A DNA stretch of 53,707 nt, filler included, from Sphacelaria rigidula (lineage: Eukaryota), in assembly GCA_964200075.2 (NCBI GenBank). It is 5 parts of 5 records of this genome, joined end to end, with 100 filler letters (N's around TTAATTAATTAA, not from the genome) between each part and the next. Parts side by side here need not be neighbours in the genome. Positions count along the whole stretch, not along the records: positions 32,287 to 42,947 come from CAXNAA020006123.1; positions 43,048 to 53,707 come from CAXNAA020006124.1; 3 more parts are not named here. The stretch is one strand, 5' to 3'. Below are positions 36,974 to 51,080 of the stretch, in pieces. A program made the position numbers and the translations under genes. How positions within the stretch are numbered: position 1 is the stretch's first letter; each line of letters begins with the position of its first letter. The notes under the pieces are model-generated. The model was not told the origin of the DNA. It worked only from the letters and a program-made list of their open reading frames with translations, and searched no databases.

Positions 36974-39900
36974 ACGGGGCTTGATGATAGCAGTAGCACT
37001 CCATTGGCAAGTGTTGTGTGTTGACTCTGTGTACTCAAATAAACAAAAGTGTAGCCTGGCTCATCCAGGTGTGTGTCTGATGTCGATTGTCGTGTCGTGA
37101 TGGTTGTGCGTGTTTTGCAACACGTATCTTCTCGTGTGTATGTCAATATTTTCGTGGATGTAGAGGTGAGCTTTTACGAGTACCGTTTTGTACGGTAGTA
37201 TGTTGTCTTGTGTGCAGTGCGTGTATCCAGAGCGAAAAAGTGCGTAAGCGGGCAGTGGATCATTCATGAAACCGTGGGGGAAACTTGTTAATACAAAGGG
37301 CGGTGGCGAGTGGAGAGATCGGTGTGTCGACAGAGTGGGCAGTGAAAAACCACCATCGAAATGTCAGTGATGGTACTGAAACAGCCGGGTTTAAGAAGAC
37401 TGGAGTAGCGGCAAGTTCATGAGTTCAAGGGCGGGTATGATATGGCATGCGACCAATGGAGGGTGACATGGTTGGGTCCAACAGAGTTGGCACAGAGCGT
37501 CAGCCAACATTAGGAAATTGTGTATACGGAAAAAGCACTTGCATGCATGCTTTTAGTCGCGTCTTCCGCATGGAACGTACTGAGCTAGCTCAGCAGAGAG
37601 TAATGCCGGGTTCATGGAACGGGATGAGCAGTTGCGATAATTTTCTCAGTTCGTAAATGATGGACGGTCGGCGCTGCTAGTGCAGGCGGGCTGCGAGTAA
37701 TAGGACGTTGTTTTTGGTAGTTAGTATAGTGGTGGCGGTGACGGTAGTGGTGGTGGTGCGTCAAAAATACAAAACCTAACCAAACATCTCATTCTTATCT
37801 GCATTTCCTCTCTCGGGGTGGTTGGAATGCTCTGTGATTGGCTCCATCCCCTGCTGGGGACGTTGGGCGAGAGGTACCCCGAGTTATGGTATATCCCACG
37901 AAGACACTTCCTCTGATATGGACTAAGTGCCAACGGCGAGTTGTCTATTGTCTTGGATTTGGATCTGACATCGTTCGCTTACACGTGATGGTCAATGATA
38001 CTCAGCCTCGTCAAGCGCTTGACACAGTGGGTGAAGTCTACGCGCCACATTGTACTACAAGCCGTGGTTGAACGCTCGCCATTTCCAGACTATCATTAAC
38101 CTTCGGAGACTTGGAATGTATCTTCAAATATGACGCATTGGGAGCATAGAGGGAATTCAAAGGCACCCAGTCACTGGAGGCGAGCGTCGCGCTGTTCTCG
38201 CTTGGAGTTGTTGAACACGCGTGAGTACGGTGTACGTCAAACAGCCTCATATCCCAAACGACGTTTTTGTCGTGGGATGGGGCGTCAGTCCCGAAACGTT
38301 TTTTTTATATCCAAGAACTGACTGATTACGCCCAGTGACCTCCTCGTCGGCCGAACGCTCCTCAATCGTGTGGAAACTCTCCCGCCGGCTTTCACAAACT
38401 CTGTAAGTCCACGGCACCGCGCCAAAGTGTCATTTGGTCCTGATATAGGGGTAATGTATTAAGCAGGAAAACAGCATTACCGATCGGCGCTGTTGATGCA
38501 CAGATAGATCGATGATGAAAGCCGGTAGAAGATTTTCCACGTTTCGTTGCGATCTTCGCGAGCCGTAGGACGAAACTTTCACCTCTCCTCCCCAGAGCAG
38601 ACCGAGAACTGCGAAGTCCTGTATTGTACGTGACTGTAGTAGAACAGAACCGGCAACATTGGCGTGTGGAAAGATTGCGTGCACGCCTGCAAACATCATT
38701 TTGAGTATTGTATACCCAGACGAGGTCGCACACAAGCGGCTGAGATTCTCGTAGGCCTGACCCAAGACAGGTCGGGAAAGCTATGTGTTCTCACGTGACA
38801 GAACGAGAACCCGCAGATGGAGTTTCTGCACGGAGCACGAGAAAGAAAAGCGCCCGTGATGAAGGTGCTCTCTTCTGGTTTTCCAAATCGGAGACCCCCC
38901 CCCCTCCCCCCCCCGCAGTTTTCAGGAGTTTCTACATCGATTACGACGATGGGCTATTCAGCGAGTACATCTCGAGAAAAATACAAAGGAAGCCCTTACT
39001 CATCGCAACGATACGATTATTCTTATAATAAGCAGGCGTCGCCCTTTGCCGTGTAAGACCACATCACAAGGGATTGCATACTTCCAATCGGTGCAAAGGT
39101 GTCTCCCCAACATGGCTCCCCGAATTCATGGTTGACAAACACTTGATGTTAGAGTGAAGCATCATATTTATTCTGAACTACTGTTCAACGCTCTCATTGA
39201 AAGGGACACACCCAGTGTGCTTCGCACGTAGTCTGGCTCAAGTGGGCGCCGGTTTCAGTTCGTCAGCACGCGTTTTGCCTGGAACACTACATGTATCCCA
39301 CTTGCCCTAGAGTTCTCGGTCTGTCTTGTATTGGGATTTGGGTTAGGGTCAGCGTTATGGTTCGGCATAAACAAAGTACGTTCAACAACTGATTTGAGGG
39401 AAGCGGGTTGCAGAGAACCCCCTCCCTGAAGTATTTAGACAGTTTTTTTCGGAGCACTTGCCACCGTTTTGGTCCCAAAACGAGAGATTCTGCCACCAAC
39501 CACGTATCTTTGCAAGCAGGCATAACTTCAGTGCGGGGGGGGGAGCCTAGCCCGCCTGTCCGAGTCGCTGAGCACCGACGTTTCGGAACCGGCTATCTCA
39601 CAAAATTTCCGAGTGGAACTGGAGAAATGTCAGGACGGCGGGCAAGTCTTGCGAATATCACTGCAGACACCCGTGTCCTCATTTCCGCTTGACTTTTTGT
39701 CGACTCGTCGTTTCGCAGCTTCAGAGACAGGTAAACTGGACAGTGGGACAGATTCCTCTCAGAGAGGTGGTGCGTATAGACCCGGCCCAAATACTTCGTT
39801 CCCATCCATGAAAAAAACTCGTTCCAATTGTTTTTCAGGGTGTCTCAACCTTGTACCCGTTTCAAGCTGTTTTCCCACGTTCTTACCCGTTTCTTGTGCG

Positions 39901-40349
39901 AGGTGAAAAATCGGCCATCGTGTTCTCTCCTCTCGTTCTTGCCTTCTACCGCCGAACAGCGACGACCGGATGCATGGCTTTCACGTAGTCGCCAGATTTT
40001 TTATATTCGGAGCGTTAAGGGGTCAAGCCTGTGTACCGTCATTCCGTCGACACTGGGTGCGCACGATATACGTCAACCAAAACATATATATATATATATA
40101 TACGTAATCTGGGGCTGTTGAGTGATGCTACGGTAGGGGTGCACAACTTTTTCCTGGGGTTAGCATTGTTAGGAGCCCTTGATCTCATCCGAAACACGAC
40201 TTATGAAATATGTGAGAGTACGCCAGGGTTACTATTCCAATGTGCTAGGGAAATCCGGAATTGATTTGCAAACGGGGATGCCCTGACCCATATTCTTGTG
40301 CATCGGTAATCATTGGGAGCCCCTGAACCAGACAACATTTTGCGTAAAA

Positions 40350-41290
40350 CGTGCACCCCTACCGTAGCATTGCTCTGTTACGGCCAACAGGTGTAGCCAC
40401 GTTTGGGGGCCGACTACCACGATAGCAATCCACCCGCTGCAAGCATGAAGCCCATTGCTGACTGTGCCGCGCGTGCAGTAATGCCGCCTTTCTCAGTCGC
40501 TTGCCGCCAGGATTCGTGTATCTCGTCCTTAGCTGTTTCTGATTTTGTGATACACTTGGGCTCGGTTTCTCACCCAATATTTCGTATCGGTAAAAATCGA
40601 GGCAACGTTTGTTCCCCATTTTCACGCCTACAGTGCCCAAGACGCACTGTGGCGATATCTCGTGCTTTGGGATAGAAAAAAAAGCGGTATTAAACGCTCC
40701 CACAGTACTCAAAGATTGTAAAGTCAATATCCAAACCCCCAAAAGATGGGGCCTATTGCTCGAAAATACACTCCGACCACTAAGAAATTCCGGGCCCATA
40801 CTATATTCTTAAACAGTTAGTGAAACGTTACCAGCCCTTGTCAATTCCACACTCTTGTATATGCAGCTACTACGACGAAGAGAGCTCATCATCCAGGGCT
40901 CCCAAGACCTAAAGCCGACGGGCACTTGACGGCAAGTTTCTGGTCGAAAAATCTGACGAGTGTCGAGATCCCAGCTTTTTTTCAACATACACGTACTTCC
41001 TAGTGCCAGCTGGTACCAGTACAGCGGGGTCCACAAGAATGTTGAGGTTACAAATAGCTCTAAGGGTGGAGGATATAAAGTTGACGAGATAGTATCTATT
41101 CGTACACTCTTGATATTATAGGACATATCCCAACCCCGACCCATGCGCCTAGACAACAGTCCAGCCGCACACCAATTTGTTCGTGTGCTTTGGGGTAAGC
41201 TGTTGCGGTGGCTAGGTTTCATTCGTATCATGCACACCCCAGTGCGACCAAACGACTCCTTCTGTCTGTCGGTGCTCATCGGTGTGTCGT
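40350..41290 (-). mobile_element. Highly decayed Ty1/copia-like RT/RNase H remnant
   Basis: Weak motif echoes: SVRIDTIS, VTSTFLWTPL, YVYVEK, GFMLAAGGLLSW*S (compare GYVFMLAGGAISWKS). Confidence 0.3.
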
Positions 41291-41507
41291 TTGTTTTTTT
41301 GCACAAAAAAAAGAGCCACAGGTGTGTCAGACGACCTGCCACACTCGCGGTGCAATTGTATTTGGCTAAAAACGGTGTCAAGTAGTTTGAATGAGCGTTA
41401 TTTATCTGTAACGAGCTCATTCGAACAACCTTTGAACGACGATTTGAGTTTGAGTTTCGTGCAAGATGTGGCCCGTACCCCCATCCCCCCCTATCGTAGG
41501 ATGATTC
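41291..41507. mobile_element. Second, one-ended copy of the GAG...CTC MITE
   Basis: Colinear with 26400-26615 (GTGTGTCAGACGACCTGCCACACTCGCGGTGC...CCCTATCGTAGGATGATTC). Confidence 0.85.
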
Positions 41508-42947
41508 ATCTCGTGTAGATCTACCGGATGATGACTCTCACGACCAATACACCAAATCGTGAGGATGCTCTCGGCAAACAAAGAAAATGGGCACTGTCTG
41601 TACTGTACTGAACGGTACGGTGCGATGATGTTTTGCTCCGACGTGCACTCTGTCCACAGTGCTCTCTCTCTCCAGACTCCCCTTGCCCTTGAGTTCTCGG
41701 TGTGTCTAGGGGTAGGGCACATGGAGTCCAGCAGTCCCATTTTGTGTCAACCATGCACTAGCCGCGATGTAAAGTCGCGCAGACCCCCGCCTCGAGTTTC
41801 GGGCTGGCTATCAGGTCATACTTGGCGGCAGCGAAGATACAGAAATGTCGAACACGTTGTCACTTCGTAAAGTACGAGAGGTTCCGCAGGCCGGAATGTC
41901 CTCTCCCCTTCCTGCCTTTCTAATCGGACGAGATTGGTCAAATTTTGGACACCCGTCCCGTAGTTGCCACCAAGCACAACACTTCGGTGTCACATTTGAT
42001 TTGTTTCTTCCGTCTCATTTGCCTCGTGCGATCCTCCATCTGCTGCCCATGTCCTGACACTAGCAACGTGGCACGTTGCGTTGGACGCTTCGGGACATCG
42101 TGCCGTGTGTATTTCTGTCGCTCGTTCAAGGGGCAGGGAGCGCGACGTGCTTTCGAGTACCGAGGGCAGCAAAATATCGAAGGTGAGCTCAACGACAACG
42201 TAAATACGCCCCCTAGCGCCACGCAACGCACAGCGAGAGGGATTGGTGTCCCCGCGAAGCACACGGCAACCCCGGGTATCTCTCGGCCAACGCCTGCAGC
42301 AGAGCGTGGAACCAGCCACACAGCATTCAACCAATAGCAACAGCAACAGAAGAAAAAAAGACGAGACGGGATGCTTCAACAATTATTATTTTTAGCAGGC
42401 TAGGGACAGACATTATCACCGCAATCACCCCCAATGCCGCCACATCTGCCATTGACTCCGCCAATCGACGTTGAGTGATGCAATTATTCGAAACCCGCCC
42501 TGATTTACCAACGACCAGAGATCATTGTCTTCGAACTAAGACACGTACACTGTATTTCCATCCCTCCCAAACATCGCCGATACCACCGCCTCGTGTGGTG
42601 GCTCGGGTCATTCCTTGCTAAAACCCGACAATATGAACGTGCGACTGCTTCTATCCCTTTACACCTTACGATTGTGCTGGCTGACCCTCTGTGCCAACTC
42701 TGTTGGACCCAACAATATATTTCTCCATTCGTCACCCAACGTATTCATACGCAACCTTGACCCCATGACCTTCCGACCACGCCAGTCTGCTTGTACCCGA
42801 CGATCTCCGTACCATCACCGACACATCGCTGGTGTTTTCCCACCGCCCACTCTGTCGACACACCAACGTCTCCATTCGCCACCGCCCTTCGTATTAACAT
42901 TTTTGTTTTTACAAGTTTTCCCCACGTCTTCATGAATGTTGCGCTGC

Positions 42948-43047
42948 NNNNNNNNNNNNNNNNNNNNNNNNNNNNNNNNNNNNNNNNNNNNTTAATTAAT
43001 TAANNNNNNNNNNNNNNNNNNNNNNNNNNNNNNNNNNNNNNNNNNNN
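42948..43047. other. Artificial contig linker
   Basis: N44-TTAATTAATTAA-N44. Confidence 0.98.
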
Positions 43048-43057
43048 TACAGCCTCT

Positions 43058-43718
43058 GCTGCACGTTCGGGGTCCACCCTTGCTCTCTGCATGCTTAGCA
43101 GCCGATCGACCAAAAAGTTGATTTTGGAGAAAGACACACACGCGCTTACTCGCGGTGCTGTAGCACTACGTATTCAGATGACCCAGGCACGTGCTGTAGC
43201 TCTAACAAAGCGCCGTGCTTTTGTGCACACGCAGCAAAAGACAGAATGGAAAACGATCAATATTTCGCGGAGTTATGGACGATTGAAAGAACTTGTATCT
43301 TGGCAAACTTGAGCGTATCTTTGATGAAGTGTTCTTTCTCGGTCGTCAGTGCAGTGTGTGGAACACCCCTGCCAGCTATGCCCACGCTACCACTCATACG
43401 CTTCTGAAGTGCACCGACGGAGATGTCAAAGGTCGTAGCTGCAGCACGGAAGCTAGGACGACCGCTATGTACCGCTTATACGGCCTATGCTGCACGTTCT
43501 GCTCTGCATGCTTAGCAGCCGATCGACCAAAAAGCTGATTTTGGAGGATGACACGTACGCGCTTACTCGCAGTGCTGTAAGACATTACTTAATCGGATGC
43601 TTGAGACACATACAATAGCTCAAACAAAGCGTCGTGCTCTTGTGCACACGCAGAGAAAAACAGAACGGAAAACGGTTAATATTTCGCGGAGATATGAACG
43701 ATTAAAAAAACTTGTATC
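43058..43718. repeat. Direct repeat pair (~43058-43300 and ~43489-43718)
   Basis: Shared TCTGCATGCTTAGCAGCCGATCGACCAAAAAG...AAACTTGTATCT block. Confidence 0.85.
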
Positions 43719-43744
43719 TCAATTGGTACATTTCCCTCCATACA

Positions 43745-44214
43745 GATCACGGCCCAATTCGTTCCCGGTGATGGGATATTGCTCTGCCAGGTTAAATCCG
43801 TTTCTGGGCTGGCCCAGCTGGTACGTGTCCCGATTTTTTGTTTCGACTGCCCCTTGCGCTAGTGCGCTCAAGTTTTGGAATTGTGATTTAAAAGTTGGCA
43901 GGGAAAAATACGAAGGTGCGCCGAATTAAAATAAATGTCCCTTTATATTTTTTCTTCATGGAGGTTACAGCGTTCCCATGACAAATGGTCTCTACTGTAC
44001 TAGAACTTAAACCCCGACCCATTGAGCGTTGTTAAATATGCCTTAGAGAGCGCCCACACAAAATTTCAACACACAAAAACCAAACATGGGCCGGCGAGTG
44101 ACCTGTGAAATACTGTTCCGAATTTTTACCGCACCGGATTTCAAAAAGCCTATGCTCCGGCCGGAACATGGGCCTGCAAACTTCAAATCCGCCTCTAGCC
44201 TGGCCCAGCTCGTA
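43745..44214. mobile_element. Fragments of the same TA-flanked TIR family as 51-1337
   Basis: 43745-43823 is the reverse complement of the left end (51-128). 43950-44212 matches internal sequence and the right TIR, ending CCCAGCTCG|TA. Confidence 0.8.
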
Positions 44215-44645
44215 CGTCGTTCAAGCGCATGATTGCTCAAAGTTGAGACGAAAAAAAGCCGAATGAAAAGCATAATATGCGCGAGACACACCCCACCAGC
44301 TATTGTTCTCCATTAGTGACTTACTGTTGGCGGAACAAAGCGGCATTTATCTTACTGTTTCAAACTTTTGAAAATGACAACAAGAAACATTTTTTACATG
44401 ATTTTGAAAACTCAAGTTATTGGTTCATTCAGGTTGTGGAACAGTAATTTCTGGTAGCACAGGCACAAGGATGTCTACGCCACTGTTCAGAAGCGCCTAA
44501 CGTGCAGCGCGCCTCTTTGCGACCCCCGCGCATCCCCTCATATCGGCAGGCACGACCTGGATCCCGTCTGGTGAGGGAGAGCCACTTTTGTCGCCTCTGC
44601 CAGAACCGTGCGGCGGGCAATAAACTTCTGGGAGTTGCGTTGCAG

Positions 44646-46293
44646 GTGGTGGGATTTTCAGACGACGGCTTCGTTGATGAACAGCTCCGTCAGCAGTTCG
44701 CCAATGTGGCTCGTCAGGGCGTTGCGCTATGGCCGGGAAGCAACCGCGAGGTCAGGTTTTATTCGCCACATGCAACAACTACCAAAATGTCGTATCCCAG
44801 CCCAGCGAACAATGACGTTTGTCCAGACAACCCTACAGCTTGCAAGACTGCTCACGCGTGCACGAACATTCTTTTGCTCTTCATCGCAAATTGTTGTCGC
44901 TCAGATTCCTACTGAGGAGGCAGATTTCCAGACCCGTTCGAGAAGCCAGGTATGTTGAGCTTCGTCACACCACGTACGATACAGGCAACCTCGAGTTACG
45001 AGCTACGAATGGCACAAGAGCGTACGACGAATTGATCAAAACCTGTATGTGTTGGAGATGCAGGACTGCTCTGGTGTGCACAAATTGGCTTTCGCTATTC
45101 ATCGCAAATTGTTGTCGTTCATATTCCTACTGGCGGGGCATCTGTCCAGACCCGTTCGAGAAGCCAGGGATAACGAGCGTTGTCACACCACGTACAGTAC
45201 AATCAATGTCGAGTTGCGAGCTTCTGATGGCATAAAACCGCGAGACAAATTGACTAAAACCTGTATGTTTTGAGGATGCAAGACTGTTCACTCGTGCACA
45301 AATATTCTTGTGCTCTTCATCGCAAATTGTTGTCGCTCAGATTCCTACTGAGGAGGCAGGTTTCCAGACCCGTTCGAGAAGCCAGGTATGTTGAACGTTG
45401 TCACATCACATACGGTACAAGCAATCTTGACAGACACGGCATGATTGCCTGGTTAGCGTAGTAGCTAGCGTACCCTATGCGAGCATGGCAGAGCCAAATC
45501 TCTACTCCTTCGTCATTTCTTCTTGACTTTTCAAGGGTTTGACTCAAGGATACATTTTTTCCGAATTTTATTTCGATTGACTGATTATGGCACCTTAACT
45601 AACCCCCCAGAGTTCCAGCTGTGGGCACATTATGGTATACGGGGATGGAGAACGGAACGTGTCCAGAATTGTATAAAACGATGCTCTTCAAGGAAGTTCT
45701 GGGGAACGATAACATCTACCCTTGTCACGTCTATACTGCTAGCATACCCACAGGAAGTGACACCGCTAGATGCCGGGTACAGTCAGAGAGATGTACCAGG
45801 TAAATCTCGCCATAACATCATGAGCTCGTTTCTCCAATCTTCAAAGTGGAGGCCCGTTATTGCCTTGGAAGGTGCCGTTGAGAGATAACATTCCCCACGA
45901 TTCTACATTGCACATACTTTTGCCTCTCCATACGCTGCCATTTTTCAGAATCCTCTTTCCAAACATGTGTTGTGTTGGTGTAGCTCGCGTCGGTTCGCTT
46001 TCCTTGAAGAATACGCAGGAGGGTGGCTACAATCGAAGTCCGGCATTTCGCTTTCTCGTACCCTGCAGGTTTCGCGGACGCCGTGGTATGACGACATGAA
46101 GACTCTGATAGGCGTATCCTGTGTGACCTGTCTCGCTATCGCCGAGTTTTCTAGCATTAATGACTACCCTCGTCTTGGGGCGGTATTTATGGGTATTGGC
46201 ATATTGCTCTTGGGGGTCAGTTTCGTTTTACTCACCAGGGAGTACAAGATTTTGTGCTTCGAACCAAGGGTAGGGGACGAAAGCTGGAGGTGA
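44646..46293 (+). CDS. Candidate 3' exons of a membrane protein (44646-44750, 45770-45799, 46069-46293)
   Basis: AG/GT-bounded phase-0 segments. The last exon encodes two hydrophobic stretches (LIGVSCVTCLAIAEF; LGAVFMGIGILLLGVSFVLL) before a stop. No family recognised. Confidence 0.35.
44841..45420. repeat. Tandem repeat, 218-bp unit, ~2.7 copies
   Basis: TGCA(A/G)GACTG starts at 44841, 45059 and 45277. Conserved core TTCATCGCAAATTGTTGTCG...CCAGACCCGTTCGAGAAGCCAGG. Confidence 0.92.
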
Positions 46294-47513
46294 ACATGGG
46301 AGTGAAGCCCATGTGTAGACCCGTGCCAGCTTGACGAGGATTACGTGAGGTGTAAGCAGTGTGAGACTTTTTCAAACAACCCCTCGCTCAGTTCACGCAG
46401 ATGAGTCTCGCGGCATTATCGTTGAAGTGTGGGGCAGAAGCTTGTGGCATACCTACCCAGTGCATCTTACAGATGAGGAGGTGTACTCACAAAGTAGGGG
46501 TAACACGAGTCCCCGAAATCAACGAGCGGGTGAAGGCCCAATGCCACACTAAGTAGCCGGTAAGAAACCAACAACCAGCAGGTTTGAAGCTTAGGTACAG
46601 GATATGCTATCAAGAGGAAAATAAGAGGAAATAGCTCGGACGAGTATCATGGAGATATATGGGCAATATACATCACAGGGTACATACACCCTGGTACACC
46701 CTGGGGATGTTGGAACAAAGAGGGGTTCCGCATTTTTCTGTTTGGGGAGCGGCGCTGCACGCGGGCTGAACATCTCGAAAACGCCCTCCGGCGCGTCAAC
46801 CCCACGCTAAAGGTGTCTGGGCAGCACGCTCAACAATTCATTTCATTTTCACACGTAGTACTACACCTAAATACGGTGCGGATAATTAGGCCGTGAGAGT
46901 ACTCTTTCGTAAACCAACCAGGGGGGTATTCGTCATCATCTGCTAATCATGTTTTTGCTACCCTTACTTGTAGGGCTGTGACCAGAACCAGTTTATTACA
47001 CTGTCGATGAGACTAGAACTTACGACGAGGGCGCCAGTTTCTCCAGTTTATTTGAGGTTTGCCGTCACCGGCTATTTTTACAACAATTTCATCATGGTGA
47101 GTTTAAAACGGAGATGGTCACTTCAGGACGGTACTTGATAGTTGCATAGGAATATGGGGTACCAATGGAGACGGAGGGCGCTTCGAAGGCATCGACAGAA
47201 ATTGGTTGTGTCCATGACGCGTGGAGCAGCAGTCGGTGCACAGCTTTACGCTTCGTTTTCCGTGTTTCGGTCGAGCTGTACAGCATAGGCTTGGGTGTTT
47301 TATGGTGGTATCATAGTATCATACTTCCTCCGTCCTATAAGTGTGTGCAGTTATGTTTGTATGAACCCTTAACGATGTCCGATTTGATTTTCGATTTTTT
47401 GGCTGTAGTCGTTGGCGTTTCTTGAGCTAAAAGCAGTACTCTTCCTGCAACGCGGGCGCTTGACCCTTGCAGCCTCGCGACGGAGAAAAAGTGGGTCGGG
47501 CAAAATATGGCCA

Positions 47514-48801
47514 TTTGTGCAGTTGCTTTCGAATTTTGTCACACTATGCACTCCAGCCCCCAACCCAGCTTGGGGGGGGGTAGGTGAAACCTCATAAATC
47601 ACCCGTTCAAAAACAGTGTGACTCCTCGCGTATCCGACCGTTGGATCCCATCTGGAGATTGCGCTGAATGCAGTCGCACCAGCCTCACATCAACACAAAT
47701 CTCCCCACCAGCCTCTGCGTGTGCACGCAATTTGTGGTGTACACACACCGCTAGCCAACGTGCTGCCGACGAGAATCCCACGGACGTGTATCATATAAGG
47801 AAAACAAAAACACACATCACACACTTTACCCACTGGAACACCGGCGACAACCTGTGCCGGCACACGAAGGGTTACCATGATCGCGTCGACCCACGGCCTG
47901 CTCCGGTCTCGCTACGCGTATAGCGCCGGGACCGCGCCTACGACTCAAAGTCGGATGGAATCACTCACGATCGCGTGCTCACGATCCCCTACATGTTTGC
48001 TTCACAGAATGAAGAAAGACGCACAGTCCACCGCAGGGGGCAGGCCTTCCGTATCTCATATCACACGCCTGCTGAACCCTGCCATCGAACACACGTCTTC
48101 TGCGCCACTTCCTCCGTCGAAAGCATCGGGCGGGTGGTCAGAAACAACTCTCGGAAAACAATACCACACTTTCAACATTTCCGCGGGAAAACCCAGCCTT
48201 CGGAAACACCTCTGTGAGGCAAACCCGATTCCCAGGAAAAAACCCTCGACAGTGGCGCCATGCGCCGCAAACTCAATCCGATAATCGTCAAACCCATTCC
48301 AATCCGATAAAACGTCAATGCGAGGGGTGGGCGGTAAAAACTTCAAACACCATCGATTCGCGACGCTGTCACCAAGTGGTGGTCGCACCACACCCGTCTC
48401 CCGGATCTCAGAAACCTCGACTTCAATCCAGTCACCATTTTTGTCACTTCATCGTGCATGCACTTGCCCTTATACCTTACTGCTTCTCTACACTGAATTG
48501 ACTCACCTGGTTGATCACACAGGCAATCTAGCGAGTCAATCTGTTCTGAAATAGCTTCTAGATACTGCAACCATCATAAACATCTGGGAAAATTCTTCCC
48601 GCTTCTGCACGAAACATCGATTCTTCCCAAACACGGAATTGAGCCTTTTGTGCAGTTGCTTTTGAATTTTGTTACATTATGCACTCCCGCCCCCAACCCA
48701 GCTTGTGCGAGGGGGGGTAGTGAAGACCTCATGCATCACGCCACGTATCCGACCGTTGGCTCCCATCTGGAGATGGCGCTGAGCGCAGTCGCACCAGCCT
48801 C
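47514..48801. repeat. Direct repeat pair (47514-47686, 48647-48801) flanking a decayed minus-strand ORF
   Basis: Shared TTTGTGCAGTTGCTTT...CCCCCAACCCAGCTTG...GTATCCGACCGTTGG...GCAGTCGCACCAGCCTC. Confidence 0.85.
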
Positions 48802-49669
48802 CACAAAAACCTCAGCCGACGCCCGGATCAGTGTTACGCCAGTGATTTTTGTTTATAGTCTTTTAACCCTTGGGGAACCTTCCCCTCCCGTCCCCGGTCC
48901 AGACGCCTCATTATTTCAAGTGCTGACAAAGAAGAAAAGATTAAAGAAAATGCCGACGACAACCATTATTATGCCGGAAGGCCACAGATAATCCGCCGAC
49001 ATACGTCATGTTTGCATCAAAAATGTCGCCCCGGTGCGGTCGGGTTATGTTTTACCCAATTAGGGGACGCAGCCATAACCAGCACCGCGGCCGTCTGAAT
49101 TGCAGATTACAAAAACCAGCACCTCCAATCTATTTTCAAGTCATTTAGTCCCGTGTGCAACTGCGGCACAAAATTATAACGGCGACGCACGCGCCGTAGT
49201 GCTGTTTTGATGCCGTCTGGAGTTCGCACCCGCCCAACACTTGTCAAGCGTGCTAAGGTACATCACAGAAAGAACGCAGCATGGCCCAGCATGCAGATAT
49301 TCCCTCACCAGACGTGAAAGGATTGAGTTGCGATGTTCACGCAATTCACCGCCAGTTGGAAGCGGTTGCGGAAACGCGAGGAAAGGTGGCAGCCAGGGTT
49401 TTGCAGAGAAGGCAGCAAGACCCGTGGGGGCAGCGCATTGCTCCCCGACGCACACATTACCCCCCGCACGGCTCCCGGATGTCATCAACTTGGATGCCGC
49501 TAAGGAAAATGCATCGTGACACTCGGGCCTGTGTGGAAAACACCAGGCGGCCATAATCGCAGCTGTCCGAACGGAGGTCATCGAGAAACACGGAAAGAAA
49601 CCCCTCGGAACAGCCTACCGCAACCAGGTGCGGAGAACTGTACTACACCATGGTCGGTGCATGCAGTTA

Positions 49670-50310
49670 GGTAGAGTACAGCGTCGCGACGTGGCTTCAG
49701 TCTGACCCGTGGTGTAACATCCTCACATTGCAGACGAGCGTAGCTCATAAGAACAGACGGTAAACACACGATGACGCCGACCAGGTTGATCGATCATACG
49801 CAGCACGGAGTATGCATTTGTAATCGTGATAAATGATGGGTCCGTACTGTACACAAATGATACACAAATGATGCAGGAAGGTTGTACAAACAGTACTACA
49901 CATGCCATGAGACATCAGTCAAGAAGCTAATCTCGTGCACGGAACCACTACAGAGCAGAAGAGCAGCACCCCTGGCCCGGCGTAAAAGTGACCACCTTTG
50001 TGTGCCGCACACCGACGGTGCATAAATATGGTGGATATGCCGAATGGGTCGATCTTGTGGAGCGATCAACCTGCAGTAGATGTGAGTGTGGCCGAAATGT
50101 ACAGGGAACACAGGTGGAACATATGATGCACACCCCGGGTACAGTGCAATACCATAGCGCCCCAGCGGCTCCCCCGAGTGGTCGCCTTTTACTGGAACAC
50201 ACCGACAGATACACTGGCAGTGCATGACCGGGGGGAACACACCGTGCTTGTCGCCGTTGTCATTGTAACTATTGCACAGGCGTGCTACGATGCGGCCAAA
50301 AGCATCAACT
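49670..50310 (-). pseudogene. Candidate decayed Ulp1/SENP-like (C48) cysteine protease
   Basis: Motif echoes in the expected order: VDAFGRIVARL; VFPVHFGHTHIYCRLIAPQDRPIRHI (catalytic His region); DQPG...VFTVC (Gln/Cys region, corrupted); CEDVTPRVRLK...VL. Confidence 0.4.
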
Positions 50311-51080
50311 GCAAAGGAAGAGGAGTTCAAGTGCGGCGACAGGAGTGCTTCAGGTAGGCTTGCCGTGCGCTTATGAGCGCCGTCATTTAGCACGCTTTCA
50401 TGTAGGAAAATTCTAGTCACTGCGGCGGCTAACGGAGTAGTTTGGAATTGAGAATGAGGAACAATGCAATTGCTGGTGGTGAGAGGCCACAGCGGCGTTA
50501 GAATTTAGCGTGTCTTCGTGTCTTTGTTTCCTAGCGCACTAGTGAATTTTTGAGCAGGAACATGCACGCAGGAAAGGAGACAAAGCCTGCAGCGTTTTAC
50601 GGCGGACGGGGTGTATGTGCTGGATTTACTGCATGATTTGGGATAAGATTGTCGGTGGAGGCCACCACTGGCGGAGCGAGTGGCTGAAGATATGAGGCCC
50701 ATGAAGGCGAACGTAGGTGATGGGGAGGGGGGGGAGGACGGGCGGTAGGGGGGCACAGGAAGCATGTATGTGTTGTTCGAGTATGTGAGTGTACGATATG
50801 CATATGGGGAGGATAAGGGAGTCAGTAATGCTACATGTTTAACACGGAGAGCACAGCATAATGCAGTAATTCACGGCGTGATGCCACTGGGTGTGTCATC
50901 TGTCGGTGCAGCCTTGTCGTGTCCGTTGTTTCAATCACTTTCCACCTTGCACCGAAGCATGCAGTGAGCGCATGAACACTACACTATTTTTCGTGTTTGC
51001 TTTTTTATCAGCCCGGGATGTTTCACGCTGGCAACGACGACTGCCAAAAAGTAGACCACGTGCACCGTAAGGAGCTTTAC

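Noticed and set aside
38392-39250. Possible further Ty3 integrase remnant (DLVWVYN, minus strand)
   Set aside because: A single short motif echo, too decayed to support a feature call.
44841-45420. CRISPR-like interpretation of this array or of the GAGTA motifs at 53242-53602
   Set aside because: Units are similar over their full length with no unique spacers, the context is eukaryotic, and no cas genes are present.
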